DNA of 24,000 nucleotides. It comes from an uncultured Thermosphaera sp. GTDB lineage: Archaea > Thermoproteota > Thermoprotei_A > Sulfolobales > Desulfurococcaceae. The translations under genes were made by a program, and so were the position numbers. Location of the stretch: NCBI GenBank assembly GCA_964564855.1, contig CAZMCE010000009.1, positions 1-24,000 on the forward strand, written 5' to 3'. Below are positions 15,207 through 23,221 of this stretch, one piece after another; position 1 is the first letter of the stretch, and each line of letters opens with the position of its first letter. The notes under the pieces were generated by a model that saw nothing but the letters and a program-made list of their open reading frames with translations, had not been told where the DNA came from and did not search any database.

Positions 15207-16753
15207 TTACTCTCACCTATACTACTCTTCTTAATAACAATTTTCTCAGCTCGTATCTTTACACCCTTAAACACCAACACTACGCCCCCAGCTATTTGCG
15301 GTGAAAATAGCATTTGCTGAGGCGTTATAGTTGGTGAGACGACTTGAGGCTGTACTACTAGTTGTGGAGCTTGAATTTGCGGCTGCGTGGGTAGCGGAGG
15401 TGGGGGAGCTTTCTCTTTAACTTTTATCTCTTCTTTTTTCTCCTTCTCCTTCCACTTCTGTACTATGGGATGACCCCTCTCTATTAGAAATTTCTTTAGC
15501 TCTTCAATAGTCGTAGCCTCTTTTTCAGTTGCAATTTTATCTCTGAGCTCTAGTGGTATAGCGTCTAGAACTCTCTCTCTAAGCTCTGAAGTCATCCATA
15601 CAATTCTTGTCCAGCCGCCATCTGCTTGAAACAACTTCTTACTCCTCAAGTAGAGTATTCCAATACCCTGAAATCCGGGTACCTGTTTACCTCCACCCAC
15701 GGTGTCTGCGACTTGACTGAATTTAAGGCCAATTGGCGTTACACCAGCAAATCCTCTGTGTACGAGGCCTATAGCGTCAAGCTCTGGCATATAGAATGTC
15801 GCTATCTCGAAACACCCACATATAGTTGGCGGGTAGTCAAATAACGAGTATAATCTCACTCTCTGAACAGCCCCATTAGAGAGCTTTTTAATAGCCTCAT
15901 TTGCACCCTCATACTCGCCTCCTATTGGATCTAGTAGCTTGCCTTTTGGAACAGGCTGTATTGGGCCCTTAGGATCTATCTTAGCGGCAACTCTCGCGTC
16001 GAGCCACGAGATAGCGCCACAAGCAGATGGTCTCTCAGGAGTAATTATACAGACATGTGTTGGTGCAAAAGACTGACAAAGCTTACATGAATAAAACATG
16101 TCAACATCCTCGTCTCTTAAACCGAGTGCCCTACGATCTCTCTCCTCATAGACCTTCATAGCCTGAGGGTAGAGAAGCTCTACAACTCTAGGATCTGTGA
16201 TAATTATTATTCTCAATTTCTCAATTATTGGAAACGCTGACTTGAATAGCCTGTAGAGAACTGTACCTATATATTTAAACGAGTTAAGGCCTCTTTGAAC
16301 GGATCTCTTGCTTATCCTAAGCCATATATCATATCTCTGATTTAAATGCATATATCCCTGAATATAGTTGCTAAATTCATGAATTCTCCTTTCAAGAACA
16401 CCTTCACCCTCAAGTTCCAGCCCCCTGCCGGCAGCCTCTATTATGACTGCATATGGAATACTAGAACCCTCTTTAAGCTCAGGTATATCAGGACCTATGA
16501 GAATAACCTTACCGTCTTCTATTTCCTCAAGTCCTCTAACTTTAAACAACTCAAACTTATACTTGACCTTTGTACCTCCAAGTTCAACATACATATCAGG
16601 AGCTCTGACTCTCTGACCTTCATATTGAGGTCCAACGTCGACAGGTATATCAGAGAAAGCCCCTTTCACTGGCGCTGGAGGGACATCGAATATTTGGACC
16701 TTGACGTCTTCAGGTAGTTTTATAGGCTCAAGTATTGTGAGAGTTATAGGCAC
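15203..16753 (-). CDS. cdhC: Acetyl-CoA decarbonylase/synthase beta subunit (A-cluster acetyl-CoA synthase)
   Basis: 516-aa ORF with the A-cluster Cys-Gly-Cys motif (PPTICGCFEIA) and the Cys-rich CKLCQSFAPTHVC..PSACGAISW. The C-terminal 84 aa form a K/E-rich, then P/Q-rich, linker plus a short beta-like module. Confidence 0.93.
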   Translation of the reverse strand: MPITLTILEPIKLPEDVKVQIFDVPPAPVKGAFSDIPVDVGPQYEGQRVRAPDMYVELGGTKVKYKFELFKVRGLEEIEDGKVILIGPDIPELKEGSSIPYAVIIEAAGRGLELEGEGVLERRIHEFSNYIQGYMHLNQRYDIWLRISKRSVQRGLNSFKYIGTVLYRLFKSAFPIIEKLRIIIITDPRVVELLYPQAMKVYEERDRRALGLRDEDVDMFYSCKLCQSFAPTHVCIITPERPSACGAISWLDARVAAKIDPKGPIQPVPKGKLLDPIGGEYEGANEAIKKLSNGAVQRVRLYSLFDYPPTICGCFEIATFYMPELDAIGLVHRGFAGVTPIGLKFSQVADTVGGGKQVPGFQGIGILYLRSKKLFQADGGWTRIVWMTSELRERVLDAIPLELRDKIATEKEATTIEELKKFLIERGHPIVQKWKEKEKKEEIKVKEKAPPPPLPTQPQIQAPQLVVQPQVVSPTITPQQMLFSPQIAGGVVLVFKGVKIRAEKIVIKKSSIGESK

Positions 16754-16778
16754 TATCCTCCACCATGTCTCTATTTAT

Positions 16779-17303
16779 CTACATACTCTTTTTAAACAAC
16801 TCCTCTAAACTACAGATATTTCTATACCACAGTGAGAGAGGTAATGATGTGAAAGTCCACGTGGCATTTGGCTGGGGATAGGGCTCTAAACTTAGTGTTT
16901 TAGTATTTGGTGCGTAGTGTTTGAGGTGATTTAGAAGTAACCACTCATACGCGTACGGGTAGCCTATGAGCATTACTAGTTCTACACCTCTCTTTGAAGC
17001 TCTCTGCACTAGTTCAAGCGGGAAAGCAATCTCGTAATTCTTAATGCCTTTTTTGTCAAGGGCTCTTACAACAATCGGAGAGGACGTTGATATTAATGCA
17101 CCAGAGCTTTCTGCTATTGATATTAATTTGTCTACAAGGTCTAACGATGTGAGCTCACATAGCTTTGCTACTTGTGATCCTATCGCGAACAGCTTCGTCT
17201 TGTATTTTTTAATAATATCAGGCACGTGCTTGACATCTGTGATCACATGAGCTTTTATCGGTCCTGGAGGAATATCTCCGTAAAGCCAGTACTCTAACGC
17301 CAC
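16779..17303 (-). CDS. cdhB: Acetyl-CoA decarbonylase/synthase epsilon subunit
   Basis: 174-aa ORF placed between cdhA and cdhC. The C-terminal block QPNATWTFTSL resembles Methanosarcina CdhB IQNATMSFGNL, and the size matches the epsilon subunit. Confidence 0.85.
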   Translation of the reverse strand: MALEYWLYGDIPPGPIKAHVITDVKHVPDIIKKYKTKLFAIGSQVAKLCELTSLDLVDKLISIAESSGALISTSSPIVVRALDKKGIKNYEIAFPLELVQRASKRGVELVMLIGYPYAYEWLLLNHLKHYAPNTKTLSLEPYPQPNATWTFTSLPLSLWYRNICSLEELFKKSM

Positions 17304-17305
17304 AG

Positions 17306-19696
17306 CTACCTCCCCTCTCTCCTACGCTTATACACCTCGATAATGTCTTCAAGTAACGTGGGGTTCTGGACAACGGGCTTTTCTCTCCACTCTACTTCTC
17401 TCAGATACGTCAAAATTTCCTCTCTATATGGTACTGGGATATCTGCCTCAGTTCTAACATATAGGTGTAAATCTGGTGGTAATTTGTCATCTCCATAGAA
17501 TTTTTTGTATAAAGACACGTAGTTTGTGAGCTTTATAGCTCTACCTTGAGGTGTGTCAGCTGGTCTTATACAGAGCTTAACTATCATGATCATAGCCTCC
17601 TCTTTAGACTCAGCGGCGTAGAATAAGTGTGCTGGAGCTGGACCCAGCCACACTCTCTCACCAGTCATAGCATCATACCCATACCACATATCTTCATTCT
17701 CCACATCTCCAAGTAACATTCTCCTATATTTCATACCGTGAGGACCTACAATAACAGGCACACCAAGCCTCCAAAAGCCAGATGCTATAGCCGCTGCTTT
17801 CTGGCTCATAGCACCCCAAGCAACTCCAACAGCTCCTACTCTATTTATAATATAATCAGCTATTTCAGCGTAGTTAGCTCTTAGTGGTAACTTAGCAAAT
17901 ATATTCGCGATCTTTATTGCCGCACCAGCTATGTGTGAGTTAGCCACACAAGAACCTACATTGACAACACCACCTGCCTCGAATACTCCAGAAAACTCCT
18001 CGTAGGGTGTTTGACCCTCCTCGTTCTTATACATCGCCGCGGCCATAGCTGAACAACCAGATGCTGTAACTATATATCTTCTCGACGCAAACTCTCTCAC
18101 CATTTCACCTACGTCTTGAGCACCATCAGGCCAATTAGCACACCCTACAAAAGCTACAACACCAGGTATAGTACCTAGAACAATATCTCTACCAACAGCT
18201 CTGATCTCTGTGTCCTGTATTGGACCTCTACCAGCTCTACACTTATATCTTTCACCAGTCATTATATCTCTAGATGCAGCTAAGATTAATGATAATACAG
18301 GTATTCCTCTGGGACACACGTATTCACATCTCCTACATGTAAAACACTTACTATACAGAGATTTTAGAGAGGAGAGATCTCCTCTCGCCGCTCTCTGCAA
18401 TGCTACTGATATTGGTAAGTTTTGTGGACAATTCCTCTCGCAGTTCCTACACCCTGTACATTTCTTAGCATACTCAATAATAGTCTTCTCGTCAAATAAA
18501 CTCCACTTATATTTTACTCTTAGTGGAGCTAGTTTAAAGGCTGTTTCAACAGAAACCATTGCAAGCTTCTCCTCATCTAATATAACAGCTCCTGGTATCT
18601 TACCTGAAATAAGCTCTTCTACAACACTTTCAGGAGAAGAGTGTGTTCTATCTGGAAGCCCTCTTAAAGCCTTATCTGAAGCTGCTAAAACTACAGCCCC
18701 AATTCTCTTAGCTTCTTCAACAATATTTGTATATATACACTGCTCATCAATAACAATAACATCAGGTATACCCGTCCTTATAAATCTCAACTGCCACGAG
18801 ATTGGCCCCACAATTCTAGCTCTCCTCTTCTCATAACGCGTTATCTCGTGAGCTGTACAACAAAGCCCAACAACCTCAACTCTATCTCTCTGCCCTGTTT
18901 CCTCGAGGTAGTCTATTATAGCTGTTGATGGTAAAACATTGTGACCTACAACGAGAATTACTGGTTTCGACATATCTACCGTACCAATACCTAGATCTAC
19001 TAGAGGAGACTCAGGATCTGCCTTAGGAAAGCCTAGAGTTACTATTTGAACAACGTCCGCAACCTCCAGCGCTACATGATCTAACATACCGAGATGAAAG
19101 ACTTTTGACTCATAATCTACTAGATCACCCTCTTGACCTGTATGAACACTTGCAAGTGTTTGAATAATCTGCCTCTCTACATACTCTAACACTACTTTTA
19201 AATCTCTCAGGGTCCTCGGCTTAACACCTGTCACTAGCCTCGTTATGGGCATTTCCACGTAGACTTCTCCTCCCAGATCTATAGGCCAATCTTCACCGTA
19301 TTTCTCAATGAGCTTATCTAATAACTCTCTAGCGTGACTAGTGTGTGTTGAAGCACCTATTGAACATACCAGTGTTACTAGTCTTGACTGTTGCTCTGAG
19401 AGATTTAAACCACAAGAACCCCTCTTACCCCTCGTCAAGTCACACCTACCATATGTACAGAGACAACACAAGTCACAGTATGGTAAGTACAAGGGCTTAT
19501 ATCTGCTCAGTAACGTATGATCCCACTTTCTAAGCGTGGCAATCGATGGGAATGGTGTGGGTCCTGGCGGCTCTTCCCACTCCTCGACAACATAGCCAAT
19601 ACTTAGGTCAATGCTTTTAAACTCAGCAAGAGAGCTTCTCAGCTCATCAATTTTAACTCTAATATTCTTAAACGGAATAGACACTACATACACCAA
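17306..19696 (-). CDS. cdhA: Acetyl-CoA decarbonylase/synthase alpha subunit (Ni-CODH catalytic subunit)
   Basis: 796-aa ORF with an N-terminal Cys-rich CDLCCLCTYGRCDL, the CODH motif GLCCTAHE, and an archaeal-type inserted 2x[4Fe-4S] ferredoxin domain (CTGCRNCERNCP / CFTCRRCEYVCP). The start is TTG at 19696 or GTG at 19693. Confidence 0.95.
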   Translation of the reverse strand: MVYVVSIPFKNIRVKIDELRSSLAEFKSIDLSIGYVVEEWEEPPGPTPFPSIATLRKWDHTLLSRYKPLYLPYCDLCCLCTYGRCDLTRGKRGSCGLNLSEQQSRLVTLVCSIGASTHTSHARELLDKLIEKYGEDWPIDLGGEVYVEMPITRLVTGVKPRTLRDLKVVLEYVERQIIQTLASVHTGQEGDLVDYESKVFHLGMLDHVALEVADVVQIVTLGFPKADPESPLVDLGIGTVDMSKPVILVVGHNVLPSTAIIDYLEETGQRDRVEVVGLCCTAHEITRYEKRRARIVGPISWQLRFIRTGIPDVIVIDEQCIYTNIVEEAKRIGAVVLAASDKALRGLPDRTHSSPESVVEELISGKIPGAVILDEEKLAMVSVETAFKLAPLRVKYKWSLFDEKTIIEYAKKCTGCRNCERNCPQNLPISVALQRAARGDLSSLKSLYSKCFTCRRCEYVCPRGIPVLSLILAASRDIMTGERYKCRAGRGPIQDTEIRAVGRDIVLGTIPGVVAFVGCANWPDGAQDVGEMVREFASRRYIVTASGCSAMAAAMYKNEEGQTPYEEFSGVFEAGGVVNVGSCVANSHIAGAAIKIANIFAKLPLRANYAEIADYIINRVGAVGVAWGAMSQKAAAIASGFWRLGVPVIVGPHGMKYRRMLLGDVENEDMWYGYDAMTGERVWLGPAPAHLFYAAESKEEAMIMIVKLCIRPADTPQGRAIKLTNYVSLYKKFYGDDKLPPDLHLYVRTEADIPVPYREEILTYLREVEWREKPVVQNPTLLEDIIEVYKRRREGR

Positions 19697-19775
19697 TAAC
19701 TAGTTATTTTAGTGAAGGTTAAAAAACTACCTAGATATACATTAGAGAACACTATAAACTAGGATTTTAGCTTTC

Positions 19776-20552
19776 TTAAGAGTGAAAATAATTCTTGAGA
19801 ATAAGCTCTTTTATCTTATTTAGCTCTACAATTACAATTGAGTTCGAATTATAATCTAAGACAGATATACCTAACTTATCTGCTTTAACTACACTTTCAT
19901 CATAGGGTATGTGCCCTAAGACCTCTACTTCGCCAAGAGATTTCTCAATAAATACTCTGTCTTCATCTGAAGTCACTTTATTCCCTACAACAACGAAGTT
20001 CCTGACGCCGAGATCTCTAGATAACCTGTAAATTTCTCGTGTAACATCTATTGACTTAACTGTAGGTTCTGTAATACACATTAATAAGTCTACTCCTCTA
20101 GCAACACCTCTACTCATAGGCTCTAGTCCTGCAACCATATCTACTACAACTATATCTCTCCTACCGAGAATTAAATGCGAAAGAAGTGCTCGCAAAAACG
20201 CGTACTCTGGACAGAGACACCTAGTGCCGCCCTTCTTCACGTAGCCTAATTTTATTAGAGTAACATTATCAGGTGCTTTCACTCCATACTTCTCCACTAC
20301 GTCATCTACTCTCGGATTTAACCTGTAAGCTCCACTAGGTAAAAGCGTTCTCTCTTTTACGAACTCCTCGTCAAAGAGCACGGGCTTTGAACTAGCAGCT
20401 AAAGGATCTACACCTAGAGCTCTTGCGAGATTTAAACTAGGATCAGCATCAACAGCTATAACACTATAACCACTCCTTCCAATTAACCTAGCTAAACAAG
20501 CAGCTATAGTGGTTTTTCCAACGCCACCTTTCCCAATAACAATAATTTTCAA
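19776..20552 (-). CDS. cooC: CooC-family Ni-insertion ATPase, copy 2
   Basis: 258-aa ORF with IGKGGVGKTT, VDADP and a CxC motif (TRCLCPEY). It starts 2 nt after the cooT stop. Confidence 0.88.
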   Translation of the reverse strand: MKIIVIGKGGVGKTTIAACLARLIGRSGYSVIAVDADPSLNLARALGVDPLAASSKPVLFDEEFVKERTLLPSGAYRLNPRVDDVVEKYGVKAPDNVTLIKLGYVKKGGTRCLCPEYAFLRALLSHLILGRRDIVVVDMVAGLEPMSRGVARGVDLLMCITEPTVKSIDVTREIYRLSRDLGVRNFVVVGNKVTSDEDRVFIEKSLGEVEVLGHIPYDESVVKADKLGISVLDYNSNSIVIVELNKIKELILKNYFHS

Positions 20553-20554
20553 TA

Positions 20555-20749
20555 TTAGCCCCTTTTCCTCAATACAACTCTGTGCCCTATGAAATCTATA
20601 TAGGCTATTTCAACATTATCAGCTTCATACCTATTACCATAAATATCTGTAAAGACATATCCATTTTGCTTAGGCGTCATAAGAGCGATTTCTTTAGCAA
20701 TAAGCTTCTCGCCATCCACGTCAATTAAATAAACATTTGACTCACACAT
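20555..20749 (-). CDS. cooT: CooT-family small nickel chaperone
   Basis: 64-aa ORF beginning MCESNVYL. It has the invariant Cys2, a CooT-like size (~65 aa) and the first position in a cooC-cdh operon. Confidence 0.75.
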   Translation of the reverse strand: MCESNVYLIDVDGEKLIAKEIALMTPKQNGYVFTDIYGNRYEADNVEIAYIDFIGHRVVLRKRG

Positions 20750-20850
20750 ATCCCTAATCCCGCTAAGAATAGGTTATTAGAGAGTTAAATATCTCATCAT
20801 ACCATACAACCTCTATTTATCCGATGATTTCTCGCGAGGTCTTATTATCG
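20750..20850 (-). promoter_or_regulatory. Putative promoter region of the cooT-cooC-cdhABCDE operon
   Basis: The minus strand reads ATATTTAAC (20784-20792), a TATA-like box ~35-43 nt upstream of the cooT ATG. The palindromic TTCTCGCGAG (20829-20838) lies just upstream. No transcription start site data. Confidence 0.4.
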
Positions 20851-20928
20851 CTAATTTTGTAGATTATAGAGTTTTAGTGATAATTGAGTAGGGTATGTAA
20901 TAATTCGTTTAGAACTCGTTTTAAGTTT

Positions 20929-20933
20929 AAAAA
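20929..20933 (-). terminator. Oligo-T tract after the thiolase gene
   Basis: The minus strand reads CCTCTTTTTAAAC about 25 nt downstream of the thiolase stop, a typical archaeal oligo-T terminator signal. Confidence 0.35.
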
Positions 20934-20957
20934 GAGGTGAATTAGAGATATTGAAAA

Positions 20958-22160
20958 TCATATTGCTTCAACTAATAGTGCTGTAGCACCTCCACTACCA
21001 TGACATAGTGATGCTATACCGATCTTTTTACTGAGAGTTTTAAGGGCATTAATTAAGGTTACTAGTATTCGTGCCCCACTAGCTCCTATTGGATGACCAA
21101 GAGCTATGGCACCTCCGAATACATTTAATTTACTCCTACTCACTCCAAGAGCTTTTTCAAAAGCAATAGTTGACACAGCAAAGGCCTCATTATTCTCAAA
21201 GAGATCAATGTCCTTAGGCGACATCGCGAAACCTTCTAATATCTCTATAACAGCCTTAGGCGGCATTCCTAGGAATTCTCTTGGATCACCATCTACCGAG
21301 GAGTATCCGAGAAGCCTAGCTAGAGGCTTAAATCCAAGTCCCCTAGCCCATTCCTCCTCAGCTAAGACTAAAAAGGCTGCACCATCACTTAGTTGTGAAG
21401 AGTTTCCAGCCGTGTGCAATCCACTTGGAGTAAATACTGGTGGTAAATTAGCTAGTTTTTCGAGACTCACATCTCTCCTTATACCCTCATCGACTGAGAC
21501 CTCTCCTATAGATGTTTTTACAGGTACTATTTCGCTCTTAAAGTAACCCTCATCTGTAGCCTTAATAGCTCTCATATGACTCTCATATGCTACCATATCG
21601 AGCTCCTCTCGAGTAGCCCCGATCTTTTTTGCATAGTCATCAGCTATGACACCCATGTGTAAATTATAGAATGGGTCTGTAAGACCATCTAGAATCATAG
21701 AGTCCACTACTTCAAGCTTTCTATGAGTTAAATGCCTAATTCCCCACCTAACTCCACTAGGTAGTAGTAAGGGCGCATAACTCATACTCTCTACACCACC
21801 AGCTATAGCTAACTTAATCACACCATATGATATGTGAAGAGCTGCCAGGTGTATAGCCTCCATAGCTGAGGAACACACATGTTCTACATTAATCGCTTGA
21901 ACATTACTCGGTAAACCAGCAGCCATAGCAATTTGTTTAGATGTAAGTTGTCCAGTACCTCCTCTCAAAACCTGTCCAACAACAACTAATTCGACATCTG
22001 AGCCTTTTAGCTGCAATTTAGAAAGGGCTTCACGTATCACTACCGAAGCTAATTGAACAGGTGTTAGATCTCTAAAAGCACCGCCGAAGCGGCCTATAGG
22101 AGTTCTAAGAGCCCCAAGTACTACTACTCCTTTATATTTAACTAACAACTCCAACACCAC
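20958..22160 (-). CDS. Acetyl-CoA C-acetyltransferase (thiolase II, bacterial type)
   Basis: 400-aa ORF with a nucleophile Cys in EHVCSSAMEAI, NNEAFAV, GGAIALGHPIGASGARI and a C-terminal catalytic Cys in LCHGSGGATALLVE. Confidence 0.9.
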   Translation of the reverse strand: MVLELLVKYKGVVVLGALRTPIGRFGGAFRDLTPVQLASVVIREALSKLQLKGSDVELVVVGQVLRGGTGQLTSKQIAMAAGLPSNVQAINVEHVCSSAMEAIHLAALHISYGVIKLAIAGGVESMSYAPLLLPSGVRWGIRHLTHRKLEVVDSMILDGLTDPFYNLHMGVIADDYAKKIGATREELDMVAYESHMRAIKATDEGYFKSEIVPVKTSIGEVSVDEGIRRDVSLEKLANLPPVFTPSGLHTAGNSSQLSDGAAFLVLAEEEWARGLGFKPLARLLGYSSVDGDPREFLGMPPKAVIEILEGFAMSPKDIDLFENNEAFAVSTIAFEKALGVSRSKLNVFGGAIALGHPIGASGARILVTLINALKTLSKKIGIASLCHGSGGATALLVEAI

Positions 22161-22191
22161 ACTGTTAACTACATTGTTTACAATTAATAAA

Positions 22192-23205
22192 CTACGACTT
22201 AGATCCCTTCAATTTCTCTACAAGCTTTGGTAGAATTATAAAGAGATCCCCTACTAGGCCGTAATCAGCTATTCTAAATATTGGAGCTTCAGGATCTTTA
22301 TTTATAGCTATAATTATCTTAGAATCCTTCATTCCAACTATGTGCTGTATAGCCCCAGAGATCCCGACAGCTATGTATATATCTGGCTTAACTGTTTGAC
22401 CAGTTAAACCTACCTGGTGATCATAGGATATCCAACCAGCATCTACAGCCGCACGTGACGCTCCCACTTCACCCCCTAAGAGTTCAGCTAACTCTCTTAT
22501 CAATTTAAAGCCTTCAGGCCTAGCTCCTCTACCACCTGAAACTATAATTCTAGCTGACCTCAAATCCACCTTTCTTTTTTCTCTTTTAACCTCTAAGACT
22601 TCTACGTATTCAGCCTCTCTTCCAGAGAAGTCTATAGCCCACTCCTTAATTCTACCAGACCTACTAGTATTTCTAGGTGGTATTGAATATACACCTGGTC
22701 TTACAGTAGCCATTTGAGGCCTGTGACTAGGCGTTACTATAGCCGCCATAATTGTTCCTCCAAAAGTAGGTCTTATCTGGTAAAGTAGTTTCTCATATTT
22801 TTTACCGGTAATAGGGTCTACGTAATCACCTATCTCAATAGCTGTACAATCCGCTGTTATCCCTGTACCTAGCCTTGCCGCTACTCTAGGCGCTAATTCC
22901 CTACCAGTAGTTGTAGCAGGAAATAAAAATATCTCGGGTTTTTCGGTCTTAACGACATCTACAATAGCTCTCGTGTAGAGTAAGAGATTGTATTTTGAAA
23001 GAGTCTCATCGTCAACTACGTGAACCTCATCAGCCCCCCGATATATTAGCTCACTAGCTAATTTACGAACACCAAAACCTGTTAGTATAGCGCTTACCGA
23101 AAATCCGTGTTCATCAGCTAGCTCTCTAGCTCTCCCTATAAGCTCCAAAGAAGGCTCTGCTATACCCTCCTCCACTACTTCGGCATAAACAAGGATCTTG
23201 CTCAT
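22192..23205 (-). CDS. etfA: Electron transfer flavoprotein alpha subunit
   Basis: The ORF is open to GTG at 23214, but ATG at 23205 (MSKILVYAEV..) is preceded by GAGGTGG at good spacing. The C-terminal FAD-binding block is PDIYIAVGISGAIQHIVGM. There is no N-terminal ferredoxin domain. Confidence 0.9.
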   Translation of the reverse strand: MSKILVYAEVVEEGIAEPSLELIGRARELADEHGFSVSAILTGFGVRKLASELIYRGADEVHVVDDETLSKYNLLLYTRAIVDVVKTEKPEIFLFPATTTGRELAPRVAARLGTGITADCTAIEIGDYVDPITGKKYEKLLYQIRPTFGGTIMAAIVTPSHRPQMATVRPGVYSIPPRNTSRSGRIKEWAIDFSGREAEYVEVLEVKREKRKVDLRSARIIVSGGRGARPEGFKLIRELAELLGGEVGASRAAVDAGWISYDHQVGLTGQTVKPDIYIAVGISGAIQHIVGMKDSKIIIAINKDPEAPIFRIADYGLVGDLFIILPKLVEKLKGSKS

Positions 23206-23221
23206 TATATCCACCTCAATA

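Noticed and set aside
15260-15420. Low-complexity P/Q- and K/E-rich coding stretch at the 3' end of cdhC that looks repeat-like at the DNA level (GGTGG/GGGGG, TTGAGG/TTGTGG motifs)
   Set aside because: No exact tandem nucleotide repeat unit is present. It reads as an in-frame flexible linker of CdhC, not a repeat element or CRISPR-like array.
20794-20800. ATGATGA on the minus strand, matching a C-box (RUGAUGA) of a possible C/D-box sRNA in the 208-bp gap upstream of cooT
   Set aside because: No CUGA D-box, C'/D' boxes or terminal stem lies within the expected 50-70 nt downstream. The motif also overlaps the TATA-like promoter element, so a chance match is more likely.
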